The translations under genes and the position numbers were made by a program. The notes beneath the pieces were generated by a model. It had not been told where the DNA came from. It saw only the letters and a program-made list of their open reading frames with translations, and made no database searches. Shown here in pieces: positions 12,067 to 22,622 of a DNA stretch of 64,000 nucleotides; the first letter of the stretch is position 1, and the number at the start of each line of letters is the position of its first letter. Source of the stretch: Lama guanicoe (lineage: Eukaryota); contig MU053758.1 of NCBI GenBank assembly GCA_013239625.1, forward strand, positions 620,001 through 684,000. The letters run 5' to 3'.

Positions 12067-13789
12067 GTAACAATCATTTAGACTAAATAAAGCCAGGGCC
12101 AGCCATCCAACCACCTCCAACGTTTTTATTTCATTCTCCTATCTATTAATAACAAACTCAACTGATGCCTGTTAATTAATTCCCCCTTCAGCCAGGGCTG
12201 CTCCAAAGCTAATTTTGGTTAAATCACCAGAGGCTAATGGTAATAATAATAAAGGGATTGGGTCAGCCTGGTCAATTGAACTCCGGTTCTCCTCCCTGAA
12301 AGGACTTGCTGCTTTGCAGACTCATGTGTATTTCCCAGAAACAAATTCTTCCCAGAAACCAATAGGAACTCAGGGCTACTGGGCTCCCTTTTGAGTATAA
12401 ATCTGTGCCATTGAGAAAGGGATTTATGTGTGGGAGGGACTTCCTCCACCTGTACTCCTTTTATTTTATTTTCCTATTTTTAGTTTTCTTTGGAGTTGAC
12501 CAGCTGGGATGAATGAAATTTAAGTAGTTCAAACTTGCATATCAGAAGAGAGGGTCAGTCTGGAGGTTTTATGAAAAGTGATAGGGAGAGGTTGGGAAGA
12601 CAGATGTGGGGGTGAGATGCAGTCAGAAGTTTCAGAAGAAATACACAAAATCCTATGAAAACTTGAACCTTTATTTTCCCAGCACACTTTTAAAGCTTGC
12701 ATTAAAATAATGATTTTTTTTTTTTGCCTCAGAGAACTTCAGTAAACAGGGGCTCCCTGTTTCCAACCCAGAGAATAATATTGTTCAGATTGCTTTGTTT
12801 ACTTTTTTTCCTAGGGAAACTTGTTCTCTTTCAGAAGGCACTTTCTCATCTCTTGGTAGTAAAGTCCAGCAGTTATCCAATTTCTTTCTTCTTTTCTTCT
12901 TTCGGGGAAATCAAAGAAAACAGACTGTCAAGAAGAGGGTGGGAAAAATTGAGTCTGATGGAAAAAATGGAGGTGGGGGGGGACCTAGGCCAAATGGTCA
13001 GGGAAATGGAAACAATCCTGTTCCATTTGGGAGCCCCATGGAGGCTGCTGGCTGTGGGGTCCCAGACTTGGCTAGCAAAGATTCAGACTGGGAAGTGGTG
13101 GTACCTGTAGTAGGGCCATGGAGGAGCCAGTTCCACTAGCTCTGGAGGTTAAAAATCTTCAGGAAGTTTCTAGATCAGGCTGTGGTTGTCTTCATGAGGT
13201 GGGAAGGGAGGGAGAGAAGCGCTCACACCAGAAGGTTCCCTGCTCAACTTGCTTCTCCCTCCTGCCTCTTTTGGAGATCCTCAGTTTTTTTTCTCCAGGC
13301 TAGACTCTGCTTGGATGAAAGAGACCTAGATGGAGGCAAAGGCAGGAGGCCTCTCAGCTCAGAGGAGGGTGTTGATGATGCTTTTATTTTGGAGCCTATT
13401 AGTCCCCCCCCATACTTGAGCCACCCTATCCCAGAGTTGGGGTGGGGGTAGGGAGAGGGAGGAGGAGAGGTCAGGGGCTAGTGTGCAGGCAGGAGAGGAG
13501 CAATGGCCCTTGCAATATATAAGATTCTATATCTAGGCAGTCCCCAGAGGAGTACAGTCCTTGTTTTTTAAGTGGAAATGAAAACTGGTGGTCTTCTTCT
13601 TTTAAAATTAAAGTGGCTGAAATAAGAAAAATCCATTTCAGGTCAAGAAAGTGGCCTCAGCATCTGCTGGGAAGACATTAGGTTGGGGAGAAGAAAAAAC
13701 CCTATTGATGTCAGTTCCCTTTTCAGTTCCTAAGATGGATTCGAGCCCCAGTCCTCTTCTCCCCCTGTGTCTCTTCTCTCACCCTGCAG

Positions 13790-13939
13790 GTCAAAAGCTA
13801 CGAACAGACCCCGGGAGGAGGGGGGCAGAACAGGGAGGGGGGTCCGGCGTGCCACGTGACCCCCAGGGGTGCCAATGTCCGGTCGTGAGGGTATCAGACC
13901 CTTGCAAGTTGCCACCCACTGCCCGGGCCTCGCCAAGCG
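13790..13939 (+). other. HOXB3: HOXB3 5'UTR part of the first coding exon
   Basis: Strong acceptor ctcttctctcaccctgcag|G (AG at 13788-13789). Contains E-box CACGTG at 13853-13858 and CCAAT at 13872-13876. Confidence 0.85.
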
Positions 13940-14387
13940 ATGCAGAAAGCCACCTATTACGACAACGCCGCGTCGGCACTCTTCGGAGGCTACTCCTCAT
14001 ACCCTGGCAGCAATGGCTTCGGCTATGATGGGCCCCCCCAACCCCCTTTCCAGGCCGCCACGCAACTGGAGGGCGACTACCAGCGCTCGGCGTGCTCGCT
14101 GCAGTCCCTGGGCAATGCCGCCCCGCATGCCAAGAGCAAGGAGCTCAACGGCAGCTGCATGAGGCCGGGCCTGGCCCCGGAGCCCCTGCCCGCCCCGCCG
14201 GGCTCACCCCCGCCCAGCGCCGCACCTATCAGTACCACTAGCAACAGCAGTAACGGGGCCGGGCCCAGCAAAAGCGGCCCTCCCAAGTGCGGTCCTGGCT
14301 CCAACTCCACCCTCACCAAACAGATATTCCCCTGGATGAAAGAGTCGAGGCAAACGTCCAAGCTGAAAAACAGCTCCCCCGGCACAG
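13940..14387 (+). CDS. HOXB3: Homeobox protein Hox-B3, coding exon 1
   Basis: MQKATYYDN... N-terminus typical of group 3; hexapeptide KQIFPWMKESRQ; phase-1 donor ACAG|GTACCA. Confidence 0.98.
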
Positions 14388-14684
14388 GTACCAGCTCTCT
14401 GCCTTCCTCGCCGTCAGCTTTTGTCCGGGCCAGGAATGTCAGTGTTATTCTAACACCCAGCCCCTAGGCGCCCAGACGGCGGTCTGGGAACAATATCAGG
14501 TGGCGGCAGCGGCAACGGCGCATTTCCCGTGCCCCCCACCACCTGATGACCCCTGACCCCGCCAACTCCCTCTCCCTCCAGCCACCCTCCACCTGAGTTT
14601 CTGAGGGCTCCAGAAGGCCAGGTGCTCAGCCTCAGCCCTTCGCAAGGCCGCAGAGCCACGAAACGCTGCCAGTAGATGCAGAGT

Positions 14685-15055
14685 CGTCAACGATTGATTA
14701 TTATTAAGTATGATTACTGTGGGTATTAATCACAATCGCTCGGGCGGCCCTGGGTCCCGGCCTCCAGGCATCACAACCTCTTCGCGCCACACTTTCGTGC
14801 CCTGCCCAGAATGTCCAGACCCCCCCCAAGGGTTCTCAGGCACCTACCCTGTCCACTGGACGGGGCGTGGTGGAGGTGGGAAGAGTGTCTACCACACCTG
14901 AAATTGGGGATAAGGTGGGGAGAGCGTGCGCGAGAAAATCCAGACCTAAATAAATGGCCATGCGGCTCTGTCTGCGTGACATGATCAAATTTTCATAAGC
15001 TGGGGCAGCGAGAGGAGAACAGGTCTCTTAATAAATGCCACTATTATAGAGTGTC
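14685..15055. promoter_or_regulatory. HOXB3 intronic homeodomain/CDX-type site blocks
   Basis: GATTGATTATTATTAAG, TAAATAAATGGCCAT and TTAATAAATGCCAC form AT-rich TAAT/ATAAA islands within a GC-rich intron, as is typical of Hox intronic enhancers. Confidence 0.5.
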
Positions 15056-15132
15056 CGCTAATGCGACGGGCGTGGGGGTGGGGGGAGAGGAGGAGGCGGG
15101 GACGCGGAGGGGAGGGCGGCGGGGGCTCCGAG

Positions 15133-15257
15133 NNNNNNNNNNNNNNNNNNNNNNNNNNNNNNNNNNNNNNNNNNNNNNNNNNNNNNNNNNNNNNNNNNNN
15201 NNNNNNNNNNNNNNNNNNNNNNNNNNNNNNNNNNNNNNNNNNNNNNNNNNNNNNNNN
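15133..15257. other. Assembly gap (125 N) covering the HOXB3 exon acceptor and part of the poly-Gly linker
   Basis: Run of N; sequence resumes in frame at [12 protein letters not shown]. Confidence 0.97.
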
Positions 15258-16041
15258 CGGGGGCGGCGGCGGGGGAGGGGACAAGAGCCCCCCGGGGTCG
15301 GCGGCGTCCAAGCGGGCGCGGACGGCGTACACCAGCGCGCAGCTGGTGGAGCTGGAGAAGGAGTTCCACTTCAACCGCTACCTGTGCCGGCCGCGCCGCG
15401 TGGAGATGGCCAACCTGCTGAACCTCAGCGAGCGGCAGATCAAGATCTGGTTCCAGAACCGGCGCATGAAGTACAAGAAGGACCAGAAGGCCAAGGGCCT
15501 GGCCTCGTCTTCGGGGGGCCCCTCCCCCGCCGGCAGCCCTCCGCAGCCCATGCAGTCAACCGCCGGCTTCATGAACGCCTTGCACTCCATGACCCCCAGC
15601 TATGAGAGCCCGTCCCCGCCCACCTTCGGCAAAGCCCACCAGAATGCCTATGCGCTGCCCTCCAACTACCAGCCCCCTCTCAAAGGCTGCGGCGCCCCGC
15701 AGAAGTACCCCCAGACCCCGGCGCCCGATTACGAGCCTCACGTCCTGCAAGCCAACGGGGGCGCCTACGGGACGCCCACCATGCAGGGCAGCCCGGTTTA
15801 CGTGGGCGGGGGCGGCTACGCGGATCCGCTGCCGCCCCCTGCCGGCCCCTCCCTCTACGGCCTCAACCACCTTTCCCACCACCCTTCGGGGAACCTGGAC
15901 TACAACGGGGCGCCCCCTATGGCCCCCAGCCAGCACCACGGACCCTGCGACCCCCACCCCACCTACACAGACCTCTCCTCTCACCATGCGCCTCCTCCTC
16001 AGGGTAGAATCCAAGAAGCGCCCAAATTAACACACCTGTGA
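15258..16041 (+). CDS. HOXB3: Homeobox protein Hox-B3, homeobox exon (5' end hidden in gap)
   Basis: Homeodomain [60 protein letters not shown] (15307-15486); group-3 C-terminus [15 protein letters not shown] at 16039-16041. Confidence 0.98.
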
Positions 16042-16892
16042 TGGGAGATGGAGGGCTGAGGGATGAGGTCCTGGAGTAGGGGAGACCCAGGAGGGGCAGA
16101 GGCTGTGGAGCTCTGGGGGGAAGTCTGGAGTCTGAAAGAAGGGGCAGGGAGGTGGCAGCCAGGCTTTCTGGGGAGGAAAGGGCCTTGGGGCTCCTTCCCC
16201 TCCCCCTGGCCTGAGAGGTTGCTCTTTAAAAATGTCCTGCAGCCCTTGGTCAGTTTGCTTGCCAACCCACTGGAAAGGAATCCACAGCAGATTGGAGATG
16301 ACCCCATCAACCCCAGGCCTCCAGCAATACCCAGTTGGAATTCCACCCTCAGGAATGGAATAGAGGAAGAGGAGATAGGGAAACAGGCAGAGAAGCACAT
16401 TTCAAAAAAAAGACAAGATGGCTAGGCCATCACCAGCCAACTTACCTTCCATCTCTGTGTCTCTGTGGTTAATTCTTCCAAATCTTGATTTTTTTTCCTG
16501 ACAATTCTCCTTAAAGAAAAAATTTAAAACACATTTCAAAAACCCAAGGGCACAAAACACGTCCCCCTCCCACTTTCCTGAAACTTCAAATTTCTTCACA
16601 TGTATTTGAGGTTGATTGGGCACTGCCTCCATTTCTAGTCACACATTTTCCTGCTCTAGGACATTAATATCTATACCCCGCCCCCATCAATTATAGTCTT
16701 CAGAGGGCTCAGGGATGGTGAGAGATCCTGAAAGTCAGAGCTTTTTATATTATGTCAGGACTGAAGGTTTGCCCATTCCGCAGTCTCCCATGTCAGCTCC
16801 AGGTCCATCCCCCTCTCGCCACAGAAAGCAGTTGGCAGCACGAGGTTCTACACTTTTATTTTCTTCTGTTGCTCTCTTGACTTAACGTGAAA

Positions 16893-16900
16893 ACAGGGTA
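16893..16900 (+). promoter_or_regulatory. miR-10 8mer seed match in HOXB3 3'UTR
   Basis: ACAGGGTA is complementary to the miR-10 seed ACCCUGU, with A1. Confidence 0.75.
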
Positions 16901-17471
16901 TATTTTAACAAACTGTCTGTCCCAGGCAGGGGCTGCAGCTGGGCCTTTGAGCCTTGCTCAACCCTGAACAGGACACTTTTGTTGCACTTAGAGTTTACAT
17001 TTTAATGGATATAAAAACAACTGTGAGAGATGCCTGGGCCTGCAGGAGTCTAGCATCGCTCAAAAAGTGTGTGTTCTAGTGAACATTTTCATATATATTT
17101 ATTGGTTATAGCCTGTTAAAATATTTTCTTTTTTGTATTATTTATCCCCCTACATTATGTATTTATATGAGGGAAAAAGGAAAAAATTGTACTTTTTTTA
17201 GTATTTACTTGTTATAAAGGACGTTGTGTTCCCTGTCATGTAAAACCAGCTATTTTAGTTATTGTACTCTAGAAAAGAGCTGTAGATTTATGTTAAACTC
17301 GTACTTATGAGCAATTGTAATTAGTTCTAAAAGGCATGAACTCAGCTCCTAATTGTCACTGTATAGTCCTGAATTTGTAGAATTAGAGTTAATTCCCTCT
17401 TGGAACTTTCTTTGTTCTTCTGTAGTTACTTTTTTCCTTACTTAAAAGGGTTGTCTGTCAAACAATTCTTG

Positions 17472-17477
17472 AATAAA
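17472..17477 (+). terminator. HOXB3: HOXB3 polyadenylation signal
   Basis: AATAAA followed by U/GU-rich sequence. Confidence 0.75.
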
Positions 17478-19634
17478 CTTTCTGTTATCAATTTTATCTT
17501 GTCCTGGTGGTCCAATTTAGATAGCAGAGCAGGCTGCTGACTGCCAAATTTCTCCCAAGGGAAGAAGGACGTTGAAGACCCTATCTTGGCCTTTTTGTCC
17601 ACTGCTCAGGCCCCTACCTCCCCCTTGCTGTGTCTCAGGTTTATGTGCTTTTTCTTACACACAAGATTGGAACATTCTGCCAACTTCTTTAGCTTAGATT
17701 TAACTAACAAGTTGAGGGTAAGGGGAACTCGGGTGCTCTCTCTAGGTCTTTCTGTTTGGCTTCTTTGCCTCTCAGTTTTTCTCATTCATTGACCTTTTGT
17801 CTTTTTGCTCCTTTGGCCACAACCTCCTCACCCCTCTCACCCTCCACCCCATCAACAACAAAAAAATCTGGCCGATTACTGTTTCTTCCACGCAACCTAA
17901 ACTTCACAGTTCTCTTCCGGAGCTACAAAGAAGTCATCACGTGACCTGAAGCCCAACCACCATTGGGTCTAAAATGAAAACAAAGGAAAATGATTAATCT
18001 TAAAAAAAAAATCTGAGGCCTAGACTTCTCAGGTCAAACCTTAAAACTAAAGTGAAATTAAATCACTAAATAAAACAAGGCAGAGGGAGAGGAGGCGCGT
18101 TTGATTTCCCCTGCCAGGGAAAAAGGAGAGGAGGAGGGTGGCAAAAGCTGTTGGATCCAAGCGTAAATAAAATGGTCCCCTGGCTAATGTGCCGCTCTGT
18201 TTCCATGATCCTAGGGAAAACTTCATTTCTTAGTCGTGCTTCCATAAAAGTTTTATCACACTGGAGCGAGGATAGAGAGGGTCTGTCAAAGATGAAATGT
18301 CACCACCGCGTCGCTGAAGCCGATAAGAGCGAGGAGACAGGACGGCTGAAATATGGAGCTAATTCGTTGAAAGAGAAGCAATGGCTGTATGCTGAAGAGT
18401 TGCATAATTCTAATTGTAAGCAATGCGCCTGCATTGCTTAATTAGGAGCATATATTTGGTGGTAGTGATGGGGGAGGGGGGGCGTGTCGGTGAGAATCGT
18501 TCCAGGCCTTCAGCCTTAAAGCCAGGGCTGATTTTCATTTTTATGTTGCATCCTGGCAGTCCAAGGTTAGTAATTACAGTCTTTATGCAACAATAAATAA
18601 CAATAAAAAAGCAACCTGAATTCTACACCCTCCCCACCACCATCACCACCACCACCAAGTAGGATTTTAACTGGACTAGGTTCATCCAAGCAGCAAGCAA
18701 TTTAGCATTGGGTCAGGCTATAATTTAAAGGCATAAGAGCGTGCAAAGTTTGATCGGGATCAAATAATGCTCAAGGGTTTTTCTTTCTCTCTCTCTCTCA
18801 CTCTTCCTCTTCCCTGAATAACATTTTCTGAGTGATGTAACTAGATGAAGCACCGTGTTTGGCTCTGAAGGTGGAGTGGATTGATTATTTATCTAGCAGG
18901 AGAAAGGTAGGCCAAGTAAGAGAATCTAGCTTGAGTTTGAAAAACAGAGCTTTGGCTTGAAGCTGGAATTGCCAACAAGAAAAATAAGGGCCACCTTGGC
19001 TTGATGTCCCCTACCCTGTTCTCTGAGAGATTTCAGGCGCTAGCTAAGCAGCCAAAGTCGAGATGGGAATATCTGGGCTGTAAGATTCACAGCACGACGG
19101 GGGAGGGGAAGCAGTGTCTCTGGGAAGGAGGGCTCTCTTGGCCCCTTTTAACACCCAAGTTTTCTTCTGTTCTCTAATCTGGCCGTAAAATCTGTCAGCA
19201 AGGTTAGAGAGAGCCGTATTTCCTGCAGGGGCAGCCGGAGTTGTTGCCGAGAGAAGCGCTCTCGACCCTGCAGGCAGCTGGAGAGGCTGTGAAAAAACTT
19301 CCAGGGCTTCTCAAGGGGGTGGCCGCAGGGAGAACCCTCTCTCAGGCCTGCCTGCGCAACTTCCAGACAACAATTATTCGGAGTCTTCCGTGCCCACTCC
19401 TCACCCCCACCCCCATTCGCACCTCCAAATGGCAAAAATTACTTTCTTTGGAGCCGAGTTGGACACAACCGTCTCTGGTTAGTTTGTCCAGTTTTCAGAG
19501 CAGCTCTCTTGGATCTGAGCCCTCCAGAACGTGCCACCCCCCTGTCCCTGCAGCTCCCCCCCCCAACTCCCCTGTTTTTCATCCTGGCTCTCCATCACCC
19601 CCACCCTTCTCCTCAGATTTCTCTGTCCTTTTTA

Positions 19635-19705
19635 AATACTCACCACCGCCCACGCGGATGAATACTCACCGCCACCCACGCGGCTGTTACATTGACAGAA
19701 AGTTT
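19635..19705. promoter_or_regulatory. Hoxb2 r3/r5 enhancer: EGR2/Krox20 sites
   Basis: CGCCCACGC at 19647-19655 (perfect EGR site) and CACCCACGC at 19673-19681, followed by TTGACAGAAAG; about 1.8 kb 5' of the HOXB2 ATG. Confidence 0.85.
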
Positions 19706-20008
19706 CTAGTTCCAGCTCCCGGCTGAGTTGCCATTTCTCTGCTAACCAGCCTTCTCCTCCTCGCTGGGCGGCTGCGAGCAGGGAGGGGGGAGGGGAGGCC
19801 AGAGCCGTGGGAGTTCTCCAGACAAACTTTCCACCCAACCCAGCGCCCTTCCTCTGTCCCCATTTCCCATCTGTTTCCCTGCTCTCCCAGAATCACCTTT
19901 CTCTTTTGCTAACACCCCCCACCCCCAGGCCTTTTAAAGGGATGTGGAATTTCGGCTGTTCCCTCTGCTTTCCCAAAGAGCCAAATTCTTTGATGCCATC
20001 GGAGGGAG

Positions 20009-20032
20009 CTGTCAGGGGGCTAAGATTGATCG
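20009..20032. promoter_or_regulatory. Hoxb2 r4 enhancer: MEIS/PREP site plus PBX-HOXB1 site
   Basis: CTGTCA (20009-20014), 8-nt spacer, AGATTGATCG (20023-20032): the known Hoxb2 r4 module arrangement. Confidence 0.9.
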
Positions 20033-21149
20033 CCTCATCTCCTCTCCGTCCCTCTGACCCACTTATTTAAAAATCTTCCCCCTGATCGACTTTTCATTTT
20101 CTGCTTTGAGATCTAGTTTCCCACCAATTGCTTGGGGCCCTGAGTCTTGTGTCCCCTCCCTCCAGTAAATTACAGCACTTTGTAAAGTTCATACTATCTT
20201 GATCTTCTGAATATACATTAAAAAAAAAAGATTCCCCTCAGGGGCCAGAAATGGAATATCATCTCAGTGGTCATTATTTTTCCACCCCCTCCATGTTCAT
20301 TATTTTCCCACCCCCTCCTCTACCTTGCCTTACCCTTGGGGTTTTATTTGTTTGCATGATAGAAAAAATGGGAGAGGTATTCCTAGGTGGGGAAAGCTCC
20401 CCACTCCCCATACACTGACCTGAGTTTTGAAAGTTCTTGAAGTTAAATCAGTGGTTACCTTGGTTCTGGTTCCTGTCCCTGGATATAGATGCAGATACAG
20501 GCTTGAGGCTTGAGTGGGTGCATGTGCATCTTAAACTCATCTGTTGTGGGTGTCATAGAGGAGTGCAGGACAGGTGAGGAGGGCAGGTAGGCAGAGGAGC
20601 AGGGTCAGTGCTACAAACACTGGGCAGAGATGGGAACTGAGACCACACAGCTATGTAGGCCAGAGGCCCAAAAGCGCTTCTCACTATCTATCTCACTCCT
20701 CTGTGTCAGCCTAGGAGTGCTTGTCGATTTTCCAAGATTTATCTGTTGCTTTTGGTGGGGGGGGGGGGGGATGGACAGAGTGGTGGTGAATTAAATCTCT
20801 TCCTTACAGCACGGTAAAACAGACCTTTCCCAAAGGGCGAAAGCCTTGTTCTACTACCTCTGCCTCCCACATTCAAATCCTCATTCAGCTTTCTTTTTTG
20901 GATCAGGGGAAGGGAAGGGAATGATGCTGACCTTGTAATGAAATCATTAATTTACTCTATTAAATTATTTGGAAAAGAGGAAGAGTTCTCTCTTAGGTTC
21001 TCTTGTTTCCCAGGGTTCCAGACCCTCCCATCCTCAGCAGGGGATAAGAGAAAGAGGTTCTTTAGCTATTCTGAAGAAAGGGAGGCACTAGAGAGGGAGT
21101 GTAGGACTAGGGGGCTCATGGTGTCCAGGTCATGGTCCTCTAGAGTTTT

Positions 21150-21320
21150 TGAATCAATTAAAGCAAATAATGCTCTCTGTTTTCCACCAGGCCCAGACAA
21201 GCGATTGGCCAAGGCCGGTCCCGTGACCATGAATTCCCTGCAATTTCGCCGGCGTCCTGGGTTTAATAGAGAGAGTCTCCATACGCTTGTATTTATCAGC
21301 AATATACAATTATAAAGACC
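21150..21320 (+). promoter_or_regulatory. HOXB2: HOXB2 proximal promoter region
   Basis: Inverted CCAAT (GATTGG at about 21203), TAAT cores, TTATCA and TTATAAA, immediately upstream of the CDS. Confidence 0.65.
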
Positions 21321-21469
21321 CTAAATTAAAAAAAAAAAGAAAGAGCAAAATCTTCCCCTCCCCAAATCGCTCCATCACATAAACCTGGGGGGGGGCAGGA
21401 GGGGGGGTCCCTTCCGATCCTCCCTCCTGACGCCCCCCCTGCAGGCCCCCTCCCCCACCATTGAAAGCC

Positions 21470-21848
21470 ATGAATTTTGAATTTGAGAGGGAGATTGGGT
21501 TTATAAACAGCCAGCCATCGCTCGCCGAGTGTCTGACTTCCTTCCCCGCTGTCTTGGAGACATTTCAAACTTCATCAATCAAGGAGTCGACATTAATTCC
21601 TCCTCCTCCTCCTTTCGAGCAAACCTTCCCCAGCCTCCAGCCCGGCGCCTCCACCCTTCAGAGACCCGGGAGCCAAAAGCTAGCCGAAGATGGGCCCGCT
21701 CTGCCGCCGCCGCCGCTCCCCGCCGCTCCCCTGGCCCCCGAGTTCCCCTGGATGAAAGAGAAGAAATCCGCCAAGAAACCCAGCCAATCCGCCACGTCTC
21801 CCCCGGCCACCTCCTCCGTCCCGGCCTCCGGGGTCGGATCACCCGCAG
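21470..21848 (+). CDS. HOXB2: Homeobox protein Hox-B2, exon 1
   Basis: [25 protein letters not shown]-terminus; hexapeptide EFPWMKEKK; phase-1 donor CAG|GTCGGT keeps the homeobox frame. Confidence 0.97.
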
Positions 21849-22622
21849 GTCGGTAAGCAGGGTAGGGGTGGGGTGAGGGGCAGCTAGAAAGAGGTGGGGA
21901 GAAGGAGCGATGGGGGTGGTAGAAAAGGTGGCGAGCCTTTTGGGGTTCCTTGCCCCCGTCGATTGCAGGGACGAGGAAGCAGACTAGACCCATGGGTTTC
22001 AGGCCTGGCCTCTCGCTGCTAGCATTTTATTTTCTTCTACAGCAGATTTTGGAAGCTGGTTGAGGAGGACCTTTTTTTTTCTTTCTTTTTCTTCGTGCTA
22101 GAAGAAAAGGCTTCGGTTGAGGTTTTCGCCTTTATCTGTGTGGAGGAATGTGTTGTTGCTGGGAATGTGTTGTAATCTGGAAGCAGGAGAAGATTCGGTC
22201 CCATCTACTGCAGCTCTAAGGGGGGGGGAGGGGTTGAAGCTAGGGAGGAAAGAAGGCGAGGAACACTCTATATGAACCCTCTCCCGAGGCTGAGTTGGAA
22301 AGTGACGAATTGAAGGGTCCACTCGGAGGACTTGGGAGGGGGTTCTGAGGTTCTGGGGGCAAAAGGGAGCCCTCCTTACCCACTGCGTGGCCCGTCGGCG
22401 GCTCTCTGAATGCTTTGCCCTGACCGGGGCCGTGTCCGACAGTGAGAGCGGGGCGGGAAAGAACCAAAGAGCCGAGAGGGAGAGAGAGCAGCTTTGGTAG
22501 GCGGGAAGGGCCGGGGATGCTGCTGATATTGTTGGGCGGATGGGGGGAGTCTTTATTTCAGCCAAGCTGAGGTTGGGCTGAGGACGCGGCCCGCGTTGAC
22601 GCCTAGCCTGCTTTCCCTGCAG

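Larger units (their letters stand above)
16042..17495 (+). other. HOXB3: HOXB3 3'UTR
   Basis: Follows the stop codon; AU-rich distal half; AATAAA at 17472-17477; end position approximate. Confidence 0.75.

Noticed and set aside
1..13789. mir-10a hairpin or HOXB4 exons
   Set aside because: I did not see the mature miR-10 sequence or HOXB4 coding sequence; they should lie upstream of this window.
15061..15132. ATG at 15061 as the start of a 326-aa protein
   Set aside because: Intronic sequence joined through Ns; the true N-terminus is at 13940.
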